DNA of 64,000 bases from Candidatus Omnitrophota bacterium (GCA_903860135.1 CAIOPG010000002.1:1192-65191), one strand, 5' to 3'; counted from the first letter of the stretch, positions 49,572-59,858 are shown. The notes: generated by a model not told the origin, from the sequence alone. Translations and numbers: made by a program.

Positions 49572-50884
49572 ACAGCGTCTCCTTCCAGATCATAATCCAT
49601 GGCACCGGTTACCCGGACCATGGTAAATTCACCGATACGCAAAGGCTTGCGTGTGCGCACATACACAACACCATCGACTTCAGGCGCATCAAAAGCACTA
49701 CGCCCGATATAACCACCATCGGGGCCTTCGGCCCCTTCTTCTATCAGCACCTTTAAAGTCTGCCCGACAAGCCGCGCATTCAGGCGTGCCGCCACCCCTT
49801 GCTGGGCCTGCATGAGCACCTCATACCTCCGGCGGGCCGTCGCGGCTGGCACCTTGCCAGGCAGATCATACGCCGCCGTCCCTTCCTCGCGGGAATACGT
49901 AAAAACACCCACGCGTTCAAAGGGTTGTTCCTCAAGGAACGCTAAAAGTGCGCGAAAATCTTTTTCAGTCTCCCCCGGGAAACCGGCAATGAACGTTGTC
50001 CGCAGGGAAATCCCGGGGACAACCCGGCGGATCTTCGTGACCAGCGCCACTATGTCCGCGCGCGTCATCGGACGATTCATCCGCCGTAGGACACTTTCGC
50101 TGACATGCTGCAGGGGTATATCCAGATACCGGCAGATCCCCGGATGCGCCGCCATCACGGCCAGGAGTTCATCCGTAATGTGTGCCGGATGCGCGTACAA
50201 AAGCCTTATCCAGCCGTCAAATACCTGCGCGGCTTTCCCGAGCAATTCTGCCAATGCCCGGCGCTGATAAAGATCCAGGCCATACGCTGTCACATCCTGC
50301 CCGATAAGATTGATCTCGCGCACCCCACGGTCATTCAGTCGTCGGATATCCTCGATCACCGCCTCCATCGGGCGCGAAACAAATTTTCCCTTGATCCGGG
50401 GAATAATGCAAAAACTGCAGGTATTATAACAGCTTTCACATATCTTGACATAAGCATAATGGGCCGGCGTCAGCGAAGCCGATAAGGCTGGCGCAGAAGA
50501 GGCCAACGCCTGAACACCGGTAAACGCATCGACGCCTTTCAACTCTGCCGCCAGTTCCTTGCCGTAACGCTGCGACAGGCATCCGGCGACGACGATCTTT
50601 TTGATCTGCCCTTTTTCCTTCAGCGCCACCAGTTCAAGGATCGCGTCGATGGATTCTTTCCTGGCAGATTCAATGAAGGCGCACGTATTGATAACAACAG
50701 TATCCGCTTTTTCCAACGGAGCCAGGACGCCGCCCTTGCTTTCAAGCCCGGCAATGATATTCTGGGAATCGACGGTATTGCGCGCGCACCCCAAGCTGAT
50801 CACCGCAAAAGATGCCCCCCGGGACAGCACGCCACCTTCTTCAAGCCGCCCCAGATGAAACAGATCAAGACCGGGAGCAGGCAT
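49568..50884 (-). CDS. rimO: Ribosomal protein S12 methylthiotransferase RimO (MiaB-family radical SAM MTTase)
   Basis: N-terminal MTTase domain, radical SAM CxxxCxxC (CYNTCSFC) and C-terminal TRAM. Length and spacing fit RimO better than MiaB. Confidence 0.7.
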   Translation of the reverse strand: MPAPGLDLFHLGRLEEGGVLSRGASFAVISLGCARNTVDSQNIIAGLESKGGVLAPLEKADTVVINTCAFIESARKESIDAILELVALKEKGQIKKIVVAGCLSQRYGKELAAELKGVDAFTGVQALASSAPALSASLTPAHYAYVKICESCYNTCSFCIIPRIKGKFVSRPMEAVIEDIRRLNDRGVREINLIGQDVTAYGLDLYQRRALAELLGKAAQVFDGWIRLLYAHPAHITDELLAVMAAHPGICRYLDIPLQHVSESVLRRMNRPMTRADIVALVTKIRRVVPGISLRTTFIAGFPGETEKDFRALLAFLEEQPFERVGVFTYSREEGTAAYDLPGKVPAATARRRYEVLMQAQQGVAARLNARLVGQTLKVLIEEGAEGPDGGYIGRSAFDAPEVDGVVYVRTRKPLRIGEFTMVRVTGAMDYDLEGDAV

Positions 50885-50888
50885 GCCG

Positions 50889-51761
50889 TTATTTCTCGAC
50901 CGTAAGGCCTTCAGGCGTCACGATGACCTTCCTGGCCTTCATGTCGCGGCGCGCGATCTTGCCGATATTCTTACCATTCACCTCGAATTCAAGGGCTCCC
51001 AGATCCTGGACGGAAATCTCGATCTTCTTCGCCGAAGACCAGCTCTCGGCAGTCCCTTTCTTGAGGCGATCCTGAAAAACAGTGGCACCATCACACCTGA
51101 CTGTTATCCATGTGGTTGTCTGGGCACGGACCGTTACAGCCACTCGCCCCGTCGAACGGGCCGGTCTGGTCTGCGCCTTGTCTGCTGGCGAAGCTGCCGC
51201 GGCCAACGGCTTGCCCGACATATTGGCCGGACGTGCATTTATTTTAGTTTTCCTCGACTGACCATTGGAATTCGACGCCGCATCGAGCGCACGACTTACC
51301 GCTATCGCATTGACAACCTTACGGATCAAAACCCCTGCGGCAAAAAGTCCCGCCAGGATACATACACCAGCCAATACAACCACTATAACCTTTTTCTTCT
51401 TCCTCAAAATATCAGGGGAACGCAAGACAGCCATCCGCTCGCGCACGCCTTCAACGCGGTGGGCGCCGACAGCCAGCCCCTTGACCGGCTTGGGAAGCTT
51501 TAACACCGCCGGCGACTGCGGATGATGGACCGGCACCAGCGCCAACACAACACCCGCGTCAAGCCCCAAATACTGGGCATATATTTTGACAAAACTTTTG
51601 TAGTAAAACCCGGTCAAGGAACGCGCTTTATAGCCTTCCTCGATGGCTTTAAGTGCATCAAGCGGGATCTTGGTTGCCTCATGGACCACATCGAGCGCAA
51701 TACCTTTGGACGTCCGTTCGTGTTTTAAAAGCGCGCCGACATCACGGGGAATTTCGTTCAT
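50889..51761 (-). CDS. rodZ: Cytoskeleton protein RodZ (HTH-XRE domain, TM segment, C-terminal DUF4115)
   Basis: LLKHERTSKGIALDVVHEATKIPLDALKAIEEG is the HTH. A Lys-rich juxtamembrane segment precedes the TM VIVVVLAGVCILAGLFAAGV. C-terminal WITVRCDGATVFQDRL...LEFEVNG beta-domain. Confidence 0.6.
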   Translation of the reverse strand: MNEIPRDVGALLKHERTSKGIALDVVHEATKIPLDALKAIEEGYKARSLTGFYYKSFVKIYAQYLGLDAGVVLALVPVHHPQSPAVLKLPKPVKGLAVGAHRVEGVRERMAVLRSPDILRKKKKVIVVVLAGVCILAGLFAAGVLIRKVVNAIAVSRALDAASNSNGQSRKTKINARPANMSGKPLAAAASPADKAQTRPARSTGRVAVTVRAQTTTWITVRCDGATVFQDRLKKGTAESWSSAKKIEISVQDLGALEFEVNGKNIGKIARRDMKARKVIVTPEGLTVEK

Positions 51762-53986
51762 GCTGCTCCTTCCTGCGGTGTCGCAGCACCGCCCGTTGCC
51801 TTCCGGTGATCCTCCAGCCACTGCTCTCGGTCAACCAGAATATCTCTGGGCTTACTGCCGGCATTAGGTCCCACGATCCCCGCGCGCTCCATCTGGTCAA
51901 TGATACGTCCCGCACGCGAAAACCCAAGGCTCAACCGCCGCTGAAGCAACGACGCCGACGCCTGACCTGTTTCCATCACGACGCGCAGGGCTTCATCAAA
52001 AATATCATCTTTCTCCTCGGAGCCACCTGCGGCAACCGCAGGTCGTGCCGTGACCGCCTCATCATATTTAGGTTTTTCCTGACGGCGGATAAAATCCATG
52101 ACCTTATGGATCTCTTCGTCAGAAATATAACTGCATTGCCCCCGCAGCGGTTTGGGGTCTCCCGGCCGTATAAAAAGCATATCGCCCTTGCCGAGCAGAT
52201 CCTCCGCACCTTTTTCGTCGAGGATCGTGCGTGAATCGATCTGCGACGCAACCTTGAAAGCGATCCGTGCCGGCAAATTCGCCTTGATCGTCCCGGTGAT
52301 CACATTGACCGAGGGGCGTTGGGTGGCAAGGATCAAATGGATGCCTACCGCGCGCGCCAGCTGGGCCAGCCGCGTGATCGCGCCTTCAATGACCTTGCCG
52401 GAGGTCTGCATGAGATCCGCGAACTCATCGACAACAACGACGATATACGGCATCTCAAACCCCTTGGCATGATACGCCTTGATATTTCTCACCTGGTGCT
52501 TCTGCAGGGTCTTGTAACGTGATTCCATTTCCGCGATGACCCAACCCAGCGCGGCCGCCACCTTCTTGTGGTCCGTGATCGCCGGGCAAAGCATATGCGG
52601 TATGTCATTATACTGGTTCAACTCCACCATCTTGGGATCGATCATGATGAACTTCACCTCATGCGGTGAAGCGTTATAAACAATGGACATGATGATAACA
52701 TTCAGGCACACCGACTTACCCGCGCCTGTGGCACCGGCCACCAGCAGATGCGGCATTTCCGCCAGGTCGGCGATGATCGGCTTGCCGGCGGTATCTTTAC
52801 CCAGCGCCAGCGTGATCTTTGACTTAGCCTTGCGGATATCTCCCTGGATAAGCACATCTTTAAGGACAACCGCCGCAGACGCCCCGTTAGGAACCTCGAT
52901 CCCCACACGGTTCTTCCCGGGAATAGGCGCCTGGATACGCACCGATGAAGCCTGCATCGCCAGCGCAATATCATCTGCCAAAGAATTGATACTCTGCACC
53001 CGCACACCCGGCGCAGGCTCAAGCTCATAGCGCGTGATAACAGGCCCGCGCTCAATATCAGCCACGCGCGCCAGCACACCAAAACTCGCCAACGCCTGTT
53101 CAAGGGTTTTGGCGCCATTCACCAACGTCTGCTGGACATTGGATTCGGACACTTTGGGAGGATCATTCAGCAAATCAAACGGTGGAAGCTGATAATTACC
53201 GATCACCAGCGGCTTATCTTCTCTTTCCGGGGCAGGTTGTTCTATCTTGTCCTGAACAATGCGGATATTCGGTGCCTGCCTGGGAACGGCCTCGGCCTTT
53301 CCTTTTTTGACTTTAACGGCCGCCTTCTCGGGCGAAGCCATTTTATCGCTGGACAGCATCTCACCGGGATCCATTGCTTTTGGATCTTCAACGCGATCCC
53401 TGGAATGGACCAGCGCCCAGGGCCACAACGACTTTCCCTGACGTAAATTTTCCATACCATCGATCATGGCGCGTGTGAGCCGTACAATGAGCGGTGACAC
53501 AAGAAAATCCGCTGTAATAACCAGGCACAGGCATGCCGTAGCGATAAGGACTACATAGGCACCGATAACCCCCAGATTCCCTGCCAAAAAGTCAGCGAAC
53601 AAAACGCCGATCAATCCGCCGCGATGAAACTTCAACGCTGTGATGGATGATCCCATCAAACTAAAGAAACCGCTCATGACCGCCACCAGGATCGTCAAAC
53701 TCACCGCGCGCGCCGCTGAAATATGCGTCTGACGTGATGTAAAGATATTCCAACTCCAGAAAAAAAGGAAAAGGACTAAGAAGTAAGCACTGTACCCGGT
53801 CAGAAAAAAAGAAATCCCGGCAACATAAGCACCGGTAAGACGGATCAGATTATGGGCGGGAACATTGGGATGTGCTGTGAACCAGGACAGATCATCAGGA
53901 ACATACGAAGCCAAGCTGGCCAGAAGGATAACCGCCAGCGCAAGGATGATAATGCCCTTGATCTCGTTAAGGTGTTCCGTTCGCAT
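51758..53986 (-). CDS. ftsK: DNA translocase FtsK
   Basis: N-terminal 4-5 TM helices, Pro/Ala-rich linker, motor domain with Walker A GATGAGKSV and Walker B, C-terminal gamma winged-helix. The start is taken at the internal MRTEHL to avoid overlapping pnp. Confidence 0.9.
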   Translation of the reverse strand: MRTEHLNEIKGIIILALAVILLASLASYVPDDLSWFTAHPNVPAHNLIRLTGAYVAGISFFLTGYSAYFLVLFLFFWSWNIFTSRQTHISAARAVSLTILVAVMSGFFSLMGSSITALKFHRGGLIGVLFADFLAGNLGVIGAYVVLIATACLCLVITADFLVSPLIVRLTRAMIDGMENLRQGKSLWPWALVHSRDRVEDPKAMDPGEMLSSDKMASPEKAAVKVKKGKAEAVPRQAPNIRIVQDKIEQPAPEREDKPLVIGNYQLPPFDLLNDPPKVSESNVQQTLVNGAKTLEQALASFGVLARVADIERGPVITRYELEPAPGVRVQSINSLADDIALAMQASSVRIQAPIPGKNRVGIEVPNGASAAVVLKDVLIQGDIRKAKSKITLALGKDTAGKPIIADLAEMPHLLVAGATGAGKSVCLNVIIMSIVYNASPHEVKFIMIDPKMVELNQYNDIPHMLCPAITDHKKVAAALGWVIAEMESRYKTLQKHQVRNIKAYHAKGFEMPYIVVVVDEFADLMQTSGKVIEGAITRLAQLARAVGIHLILATQRPSVNVITGTIKANLPARIAFKVASQIDSRTILDEKGAEDLLGKGDMLFIRPGDPKPLRGQCSYISDEEIHKVMDFIRRQEKPKYDEAVTARPAVAAGGSEEKDDIFDEALRVVMETGQASASLLQRRLSLGFSRAGRIIDQMERAGIVGPNAGSKPRDILVDREQWLEDHRKATGGAATPQEGAA

Positions 53987-54071
53987 GGCTATTGTTATGA
54001 GATTTTCAAACTCCACCAGGTGGAGAGAAAGTACCCTCTTCCGGCACAGGCCGGAAGAGGGATACCGGATT

Positions 54072-56180
54072 TTATTTCTTTTCAGCCTTCTTACGGCTAA
54101 GGTTATAACGCCCCATCTTGTCGATCTCGACAAGCAAGACAGGGAACGTATCACCCATTTTTACAAGTTCATTAGGATCTTTGACGAACTTGTCAGAAAG
54201 TTCAGAAACATGCACCAACCCGTCACGACCGGGCATAAACTCACAAAAAGCGCCAAAGTTCATGATCTTGACAACCGTCGCCTCATAGATCTTGCCGACC
54301 TCGGGCATCTCAAGCATGGAGCTGAGATAATTCATGACACAATCAAGCGCCGCCTGATTGGGCGCCGAAATGAACGCCTTGCCTTCGTCGTCAATATCGA
54401 TCGACGTAGCCCCGGTGCTCTCGATGATCTTGCGGATCGTTTTACCGCCAGGACCGATAACCTCGCCGATCTTGTCCTGCGGGATCTGCAGGATCGAAAT
54501 GCGCGGCGCATAGGCGGAAAGCGTCGTCCGCGGCGCAGGCAAGGCTGCGGTCATGGTGTCAAGTATCTTCATGCGTGCTTCACGCGCCTGATCTATCGCC
54601 TGACCGAGCAACTCCACAGAAATATGACGTATCTTCAGGTCCAGCTGAACACCCGTAATACCTTCGCGTGTGCCCGAAACCTTGAAATCCATATCACCGA
54701 AATGATCTTCCATCCCCTGGATATCCGTAATAAGAACAGATCTCTGGGCATCGGAAATAAGACCAACAGAAATACCAGCCACCGGTGCCTTGATCGGAAC
54801 GCCCGCATCCATCAGCGCCAGCGTGCTTGCGCAAACCGTCGCCATGCTCGAAGACCCGTTTGATTCGAGGATCTCGGAAACAACGCGAATGGTATAAGGA
54901 AAATCTTCGGGCGACGGGATAACCGCTTCAAGGGAACGATGCGCCAACGCCCCATGACCGATCTCACGACGACCAGGACCACGCACAGGTTTTGTTTCGC
55001 CAACACTGAAAGGCGGAAAATTATAATGAAGCATGAAACGGCGGTACGTCACGCCATCGAGCGCTTCCATCAACTGCTCATCAATTTTGGTACCGAGCGT
55101 TACCGTTGCCAAACTCTGCGTCTGCCCGCGGGTGAAAAGCCCCGTGCCATGCGTGCGCTCAAAAATACCCGTCTCCGCCGACAAGGCACGGATCTCGTTA
55201 AGGCCACGGCCATCAGCGCGCAACTGACGCTCGAAAACATTCTTGCGCATCACGTCATACTGCATGATCTCAAAAACAGCCTTGACATCATTTTCAGAAA
55301 TATCCGCCTTGCCCTTCTTGAAACCGGCATAGATGGTCATGTCCGCAACCAGCGACGCAAAAAGCTCGTTGAGCGCCTTCTCACGGGTCTTCTTATCAAC
55401 CGTACCGCCAAGGATCTCGGAAAGGCGCGCCATGCCCAACCCTCTGACCTTCTCAACAAAAGCCGGTGGAACAACCTTGGTCTCAACCTGGGTCTTGGCC
55501 TTACCAGCCTCTTTTTGAAGCTGAACTTGAATAGCCCGTACCGGCTGAAGCGCTTTATGGGCAAATGCCAGCATTTCCTTGATCTTGGCCTCGGGAATTT
55601 CTTTGCCATCACCCTCGATCATAACCAAGCCTTCGGCATCACCAGCGACCACGAAATCCAGCTTGCTCTGCGCGCGCTGTTCATACGTCGGGTTAACAAT
55701 AAACTGATCATCAACAAGACCAATGCGCACCGCACTGATAGGTCCATCGAAAGGGATATCGGAAAGCATCAAGGCCGCCGAAGCGCCATTGATGGCCAGC
55801 ACATCCGGATCATTTTCCGGATCAGCACTCAGGACAGTCGCAATGACCTGAACCTCATTAAAAAGCCCCTCGGGGAAAAGCGGACGAATAGGCCGGTCGA
55901 TAAGGCGCGACGTTAAAATCTCTTTTTCAGACTGCCGCCCCTCACGTTTGAAAAAACCACCGGGTATTTTACCTGCGGCGTATGTCTTCTCTTGGTATTC
56001 TACAGTCAAAGGGAAAAAATCAATGCCTTCGCGTGCCTTGCCTGCGATACATACGGTCACCAGAACCGCGGTCCCGCCACAACGTACAAGGACGGCGCCA
56101 GAAGCTTGTTTCGCCAGTTTTCCCGTTTCCATAACCAAACGATTCGTACCGTATTCGACTTCCACACGGGGATAATTCAT
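54072..56180 (-). CDS. pnp: Polynucleotide phosphorylase
   Basis: 702 aa. Two RNase PH domains, KH (GPGGKTIRKI) and S1 domains. Confidence 0.95.
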   Translation of the reverse strand: MNYPRVEVEYGTNRLVMETGKLAKQASGAVLVRCGGTAVLVTVCIAGKAREGIDFFPLTVEYQEKTYAAGKIPGGFFKREGRQSEKEILTSRLIDRPIRPLFPEGLFNEVQVIATVLSADPENDPDVLAINGASAALMLSDIPFDGPISAVRIGLVDDQFIVNPTYEQRAQSKLDFVVAGDAEGLVMIEGDGKEIPEAKIKEMLAFAHKALQPVRAIQVQLQKEAGKAKTQVETKVVPPAFVEKVRGLGMARLSEILGGTVDKKTREKALNELFASLVADMTIYAGFKKGKADISENDVKAVFEIMQYDVMRKNVFERQLRADGRGLNEIRALSAETGIFERTHGTGLFTRGQTQSLATVTLGTKIDEQLMEALDGVTYRRFMLHYNFPPFSVGETKPVRGPGRREIGHGALAHRSLEAVIPSPEDFPYTIRVVSEILESNGSSSMATVCASTLALMDAGVPIKAPVAGISVGLISDAQRSVLITDIQGMEDHFGDMDFKVSGTREGITGVQLDLKIRHISVELLGQAIDQAREARMKILDTMTAALPAPRTTLSAYAPRISILQIPQDKIGEVIGPGGKTIRKIIESTGATSIDIDDEGKAFISAPNQAALDCVMNYLSSMLEMPEVGKIYEATVVKIMNFGAFCEFMPGRDGLVHVSELSDKFVKDPNELVKMGDTFPVLLVEIDKMGRYNLSRKKAEKK

Positions 56181-56203
56181 TTATATTTTTCCCTTACTGT
56201 TAT

Positions 56204-56228
56204 CCCGCCTTCAGATAGCTGAGGCGGG
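56204..56228 (-). promoter_or_regulatory. Stem-loop in the rpsO-pnp intergenic leader (candidate processing/autoregulatory hairpin)
   Basis: Minus-strand CCCGCCU-(11 nt)-AGGCGGG, with no U-run after it. Confidence 0.3.
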
Positions 56229-56291
56229 GATTGAAGCGCATGAACAACCGATAGAACGGCGCGAACCACCAGCCGCACCTGTTACCACCGA

Positions 56292-56561
56292 CTATTTGCG
56301 CAAGCCTAATTTGGTAATGGTATCTTCATACCTGGCCTGATCCGTCTTCTTGAGATAGCTCAAGAGACGGCGACGCTTGCCGATCATGAGCAAAAGACCA
56401 CGACGGGAATGATGATCCCTCTTGTTGGTCTTGAAATGTTCATTGAGGTGATTGATCCGCTCCGTCAAAAGAGCCACCTGCACCGCCGAAGAACCTGTGT
56501 CCTTCGCATGAACCTTGAACGCGCGCGCAACTTCTGTTTTCTTATCTATCACTGATTCCAA
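56292..56561 (-). CDS. rpsO: 30S ribosomal protein S15
   Basis: 89 aa. [50 protein letters not shown]. Confidence 0.9.
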   Translation of the reverse strand: MESVIDKKTEVARAFKVHAKDTGSSAVQVALLTERINHLNEHFKTNKRDHHSRRGLLLMIGKRRRLLSYLKKTDQARYEDTITKLGLRK

Positions 56562-56703
56562 CGAACCGCCTCCTGTAAAGAATTAATCTCAACGTCCCGC
56601 TCCTGGGACTCAATATTTTGTGCATTATACTATCGGGTCATATTGAAGTCAAGGCTTTGTTCCGTTCCCTTGTTCTGCTCCATGACCAAGGCAGACATTG
56701 GGT

Positions 56704-57054
56704 TCACTTCTTTTTGAGCTCCATAACCCGGATCTTGTTGCCATCGACCACAACGAGGATCGGGCCATTTTTACCGCTGACAGCTTGTTCCAAAGCAGCC
56801 GACAACGCCGCCGGCGAAGAAAGCAAAACCCGGCTGGCAGGCTGTGATCGCCGCACATCCGCCACGACCTCGGCGATCGACGGGCTTACCCCTGCCACAC
56901 GCCCCGTGCGTGATCCGGCTTCCAGGACGTGAATTTCTGCCTTGGCAGGCGAAGCCGCCCCACCCTCAGCCCCGCACGTCATCACGCCAATAACCGCCAG
57001 GACACATGATATCTTCTTTCTTGAAACAGGGGTTGTCATTTGTTCAATCTTCAA
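56704..57054 (-). CDS. Hypothetical secreted protein
   Basis: ORF with a signal-peptide-like N-terminus. No recognisable domain. Confidence 0.3.
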   Translation of the reverse strand: MKIEQMTTPVSRKKISCVLAVIGVMTCGAEGGAASPAKAEIHVLEAGSRTGRVAGVSPSIAEVVADVRRSQPASRVLLSSPAALSAALEQAVSGKNGPILVVVDGNKIRVMELKKK

Positions 57055-57064
57055 TTATAATTCT

Positions 57065-57340
57065 ACTATGTTTGAAAAAGTTGCCTTCGTCTCCATTCTT
57101 TGCATCCTCTGCGCCGTCGCTATTTTTACTGGCGTTAAGAAAACCATACAAAAAAGCTTCAATGAAGATCCTGCCATGGATAGTTACCATAGTGAAACAA
57201 CCCATGAACGCCAAATTGATAAAACCCTTGATATTAAGGAAGAAAATGAACGTTTGATGGATAAAGTCCGATCACAAAGAGAAAAGAACGAAGCCTCGAT
57301 GGATCGTGTCAGGGCTATGATGGAACGAAACAAACGTTAA
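57065..57340 (+). CDS. Hypothetical small membrane-anchored coiled-coil protein
   Basis: MFEKVAFVSILCILCAVAIFTGV TM segment followed by a charged helical tail. One of the few plus-strand ORFs. Coding status is uncertain. Confidence 0.3.
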   Translation, partial: TMFEKVAFVSILCILCAVAIFTGVKKTIQKSFNEDPAMDSYHSETTHERQIDKTLDIKEENERLMDKVRSQREKNEASMDRVRAMMERNKR

Positions 57341-57353
57341 TACCCCTTACCAC

Positions 57354-57596
57354 CTAATCCGCATGATTTGCAATCATCCCGGTGACAGCTGATCCATACC
57401 CATCAACAAAGGACATGGAATTTTTTAATTGGATCAATTCACCAGCTGGCAAATTCAATACCTTGCCTGTGCCTTCAACAAAAACACCGTGCTTAAGCAA
57501 AACACCACCAATCAGCACAACAATCACGGTGCTGGTAAGCAGAAGATATTCGATAACGTTTTGACCGCGGCTTGAGAATTTTTTTAGCATACGCAC
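57354..57596 (-). CDS. Flp/Fap-family (type IVb, Tad) pilin-like protein, orphan
   Basis: RGQNVIEYLLLTSTVIVVLIGGVL resembles the Flp motif G-x4-EY plus a hydrophobic helix. No tad/cpa genes are nearby. Confidence 0.4.
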   Translation of the reverse strand: MRMLKKFSSRGQNVIEYLLLTSTVIVVLIGGVLLKHGVFVEGTGKVLNLPAGELIQLKNSMSFVDGYGSAVTGMIANHAD

Positions 57597-57680
57597 TCCT
57601 CCTAGAATTTAATTATACCACATACACATCATCCAGGAGCAGCTAAACGAATGCCACGAAAACCATGTGGCTTAAAACCT

Positions 57681-58028
57681 TCAAACATCCAGTCGCAGGG
57701 AAAGGTTATAAATAAAAGGCAGGCGAAAGATCTTGCCACGCAAAGCTTGGATTATGCCCCAAAAAGACACCACCCCAAAAAAGAATAAGGCCGGCTTCAT
57801 CAGAAACGGCAACACAATGCTCACAATAAAGACCGCCATCTCGCACAAGAAGATCGCCAACCCCTGCCGCCCATGAAATCGTACAAAAACATCATCTTTC
57901 TTGCGTACAAGCGGAACAATGCAAAGGATGAAACAATACGCCAGTAGCGCGTAAAGACGGCTCTCATCGAGAGGCGGCGGGGTTTCCGAAAGCCCGTCAC
58001 GGTTACCGCAAGGAACTGGATTAACCAT
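57681..58028 (-). CDS. DUF4870-family small membrane protein
   Basis: YALLAYCFILCIVPL...FVRFHGRQGLAIFL matches the conserved DUF4870 pattern. Confidence 0.5.
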   Translation of the reverse strand: MVNPVPCGNRDGLSETPPPLDESRLYALLAYCFILCIVPLVRKKDDVFVRFHGRQGLAIFLCEMAVFIVSIVLPFLMKPALFFFGVVSFWGIIQALRGKIFRLPFIYNLSLRLDV

Positions 58029-59148
58029 GCGCCTCGACCTCAAGGATGGAATTCATATCCCCAAAACCGTTGGACTCACGGCGTTCATGCGCAGGATCAG
58101 CCTGCCAGCGGCCATCCACAATGAACTGATAGCGGTACAAACCCGCAGGCAGTGCCATCCGCGCAGTCCAGACATCCCCTTCGCGCGTCAAACGGCAAGC
58201 CTCATCGATCGCCCAGGCATTGAAACTTCCGGAAACATATACCGAATGAGCCTCTGGCGCATTAATGCTGAACGTCGTCACCATGGCTTCCATTTCACGT
58301 GTCACAATATCCGTCATCCGCGCTGAGAACTCAACTGTTTCAACAGGCGCGACCACAACAGCCTCAACCGCCTGCTTGGGAGCGAACGCCCCGCCCTCGA
58401 ACGCGATCAGCTCCTTGGCTAACGTGTAATAATCCTTGGCGCCACGGCAATATTTATCGTAAGCCATAACAGGTTTTCCCTCGACGACCGACTCCTTCAG
58501 CTTGACATTGGTGTGCACGATCGTTGTCAACAGCATATCCCCGAACTGACGCTTGATCTTGTCGAGCATCGCAAAGGAGTGCCTCAGGCGCGAATCAAAC
58601 ATGGTGATGAGTACGCGCGGTGTCACCGGATGATTCAGGCGGTCGCGGATCAGGGAGATAATATCCATCAGGTGCTCAACACCCTGCACAGAGAAACGGC
58701 TCATCTCGACGGGGATCATGATCTCGTGGCTGGCGCGCAGCGCGTTGACGGTCAGGAACCCGAGGCTCGGCGGACAATCGATGATAATATAATCATAGGT
58801 ATCCTTGAGCGTCGCGATGCTTTCGACAAGCTTCATCTCACGGCCGATCTCGTCGGCAAGTTCCTGTTCAAGGGTCCCCACCAGCACATTCGAAGGGATG
58901 ATGTCAAAGTTCGTGTCGACGCGCTGAATGATATCCCGCAGAGCAAGCCGGCGCGGCGCTATCTTGGAAATAACATTATAAATGCTGTTCTTATCATCGC
59001 GGTTGAGGCCGAGGGTCGCGTGCGCCTGGGGATCAATATCTATGAGAAGTGTTTTTTTGCCGTTGGCAGCCAGTGCCGACACCAGGTTAATGGCCGTCGT
59101 TGTCTTGCCACAGCCACCCTTTTGATTCGCAACCGATATGATCTTCAT
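58021..59148 (-). CDS. ParA/Soj-family ATPase fused to a C-terminal CBM48 (AMPK-beta/glycogen-binding) domain
   Basis: Deviant Walker A KGGCGKTTTAINL at the N-terminus. The C-terminal ~90 aa, FSINAPEAHSVYVSGSFNAWA...YRYQFIVDGRWQADPAHE, match the AMPK1_CBM/CBM48 glycogen-binding fold. Confidence 0.7.
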   Translation of the reverse strand: MKIISVANQKGGCGKTTTAINLVSALAANGKKTLLIDIDPQAHATLGLNRDDKNSIYNVISKIAPRRLALRDIIQRVDTNFDIIPSNVLVGTLEQELADEIGREMKLVESIATLKDTYDYIIIDCPPSLGFLTVNALRASHEIMIPVEMSRFSVQGVEHLMDIISLIRDRLNHPVTPRVLITMFDSRLRHSFAMLDKIKRQFGDMLLTTIVHTNVKLKESVVEGKPVMAYDKYCRGAKDYYTLAKELIAFEGGAFAPKQAVEAVVVAPVETVEFSARMTDIVTREMEAMVTTFSINAPEAHSVYVSGSFNAWAIDEACRLTREGDVWTARMALPAGLYRYQFIVDGRWQADPAHERRESNGFGDMNSILEVEAHG

Positions 59149-59167
59149 GTTTCCCCCTCCGCTTGTG

Positions 59168-59740
59168 CTAGTTGGAAAAACTGATGTTATCGACAAGAAC
59201 CGTCCCCGCCGGATCTTTCGTATTCCACGCCTCGACCACGAACGCGATGTCCTTAATGAACTTCCAGTCCGTCAGGTTCATCTGCGCGAAAGAGATCGAA
59301 TAATCCTGCCAGTTGTTGCCGATGCCCTCGAGATAATACGCCGCCTGTTCTGCCCTGGCATTGCTGACAACCACTTTCAATATGCCGGGATTCCCGTTCA
59401 TGCTGCGCAAGGATAAATTCAAATGACTGTATTTGGTAACATCCATCGCCGGCACCGCGATCGTCAGATTCTGGATCTGCGGATACTTCCCACCGACGGA
59501 GTAACTCAAGCGTATCGGCGAATTGTTCAGCGCGTAAATAACGCGGCTTTTAAATATATCCCGTCGCTGGGTCAAGAATGCTGTCAAGCCATAAACAACA
59601 CTGACCAGAATGAACGCCGTGATCAACAAATTAATAAGGCGCCAGGCATTGGGGCGGGGCTCGGGTTTTTTCTCTTCAACGACTTCCCGTTTACTCAGAT
59701 AAACCTTGGCCAAATGGTCGTAGATCTCGTCACGATTCAT
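59168..59740 (-). CDS. Hypothetical membrane-anchored protein with C-terminal beta-sandwich-like domain
   Basis: N-terminal TM LINLLITAFILVSVVYGL. Its 3' end overlaps the ParA-CBM48 ORF start. Confidence 0.35.
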   Translation of the reverse strand: MNRDEIYDHLAKVYLSKREVVEEKKPEPRPNAWRLINLLITAFILVSVVYGLTAFLTQRRDIFKSRVIYALNNSPIRLSYSVGGKYPQIQNLTIAVPAMDVTKYSHLNLSLRSMNGNPGILKVVVSNARAEQAAYYLEGIGNNWQDYSISFAQMNLTDWKFIKDIAFVVEAWNTKDPAGTVLVDNISFSN

Positions 59741-59858
59741 ACAACTGTCAACTTCCGACGGAAGATAGGATTTTTGATTAGGATCAAAATTACTTTTTTA
59801 TAATAACAAATAAAGAAATGAATTTAAAATAATATCTGGTATTTTTTATCGCGCGCAA

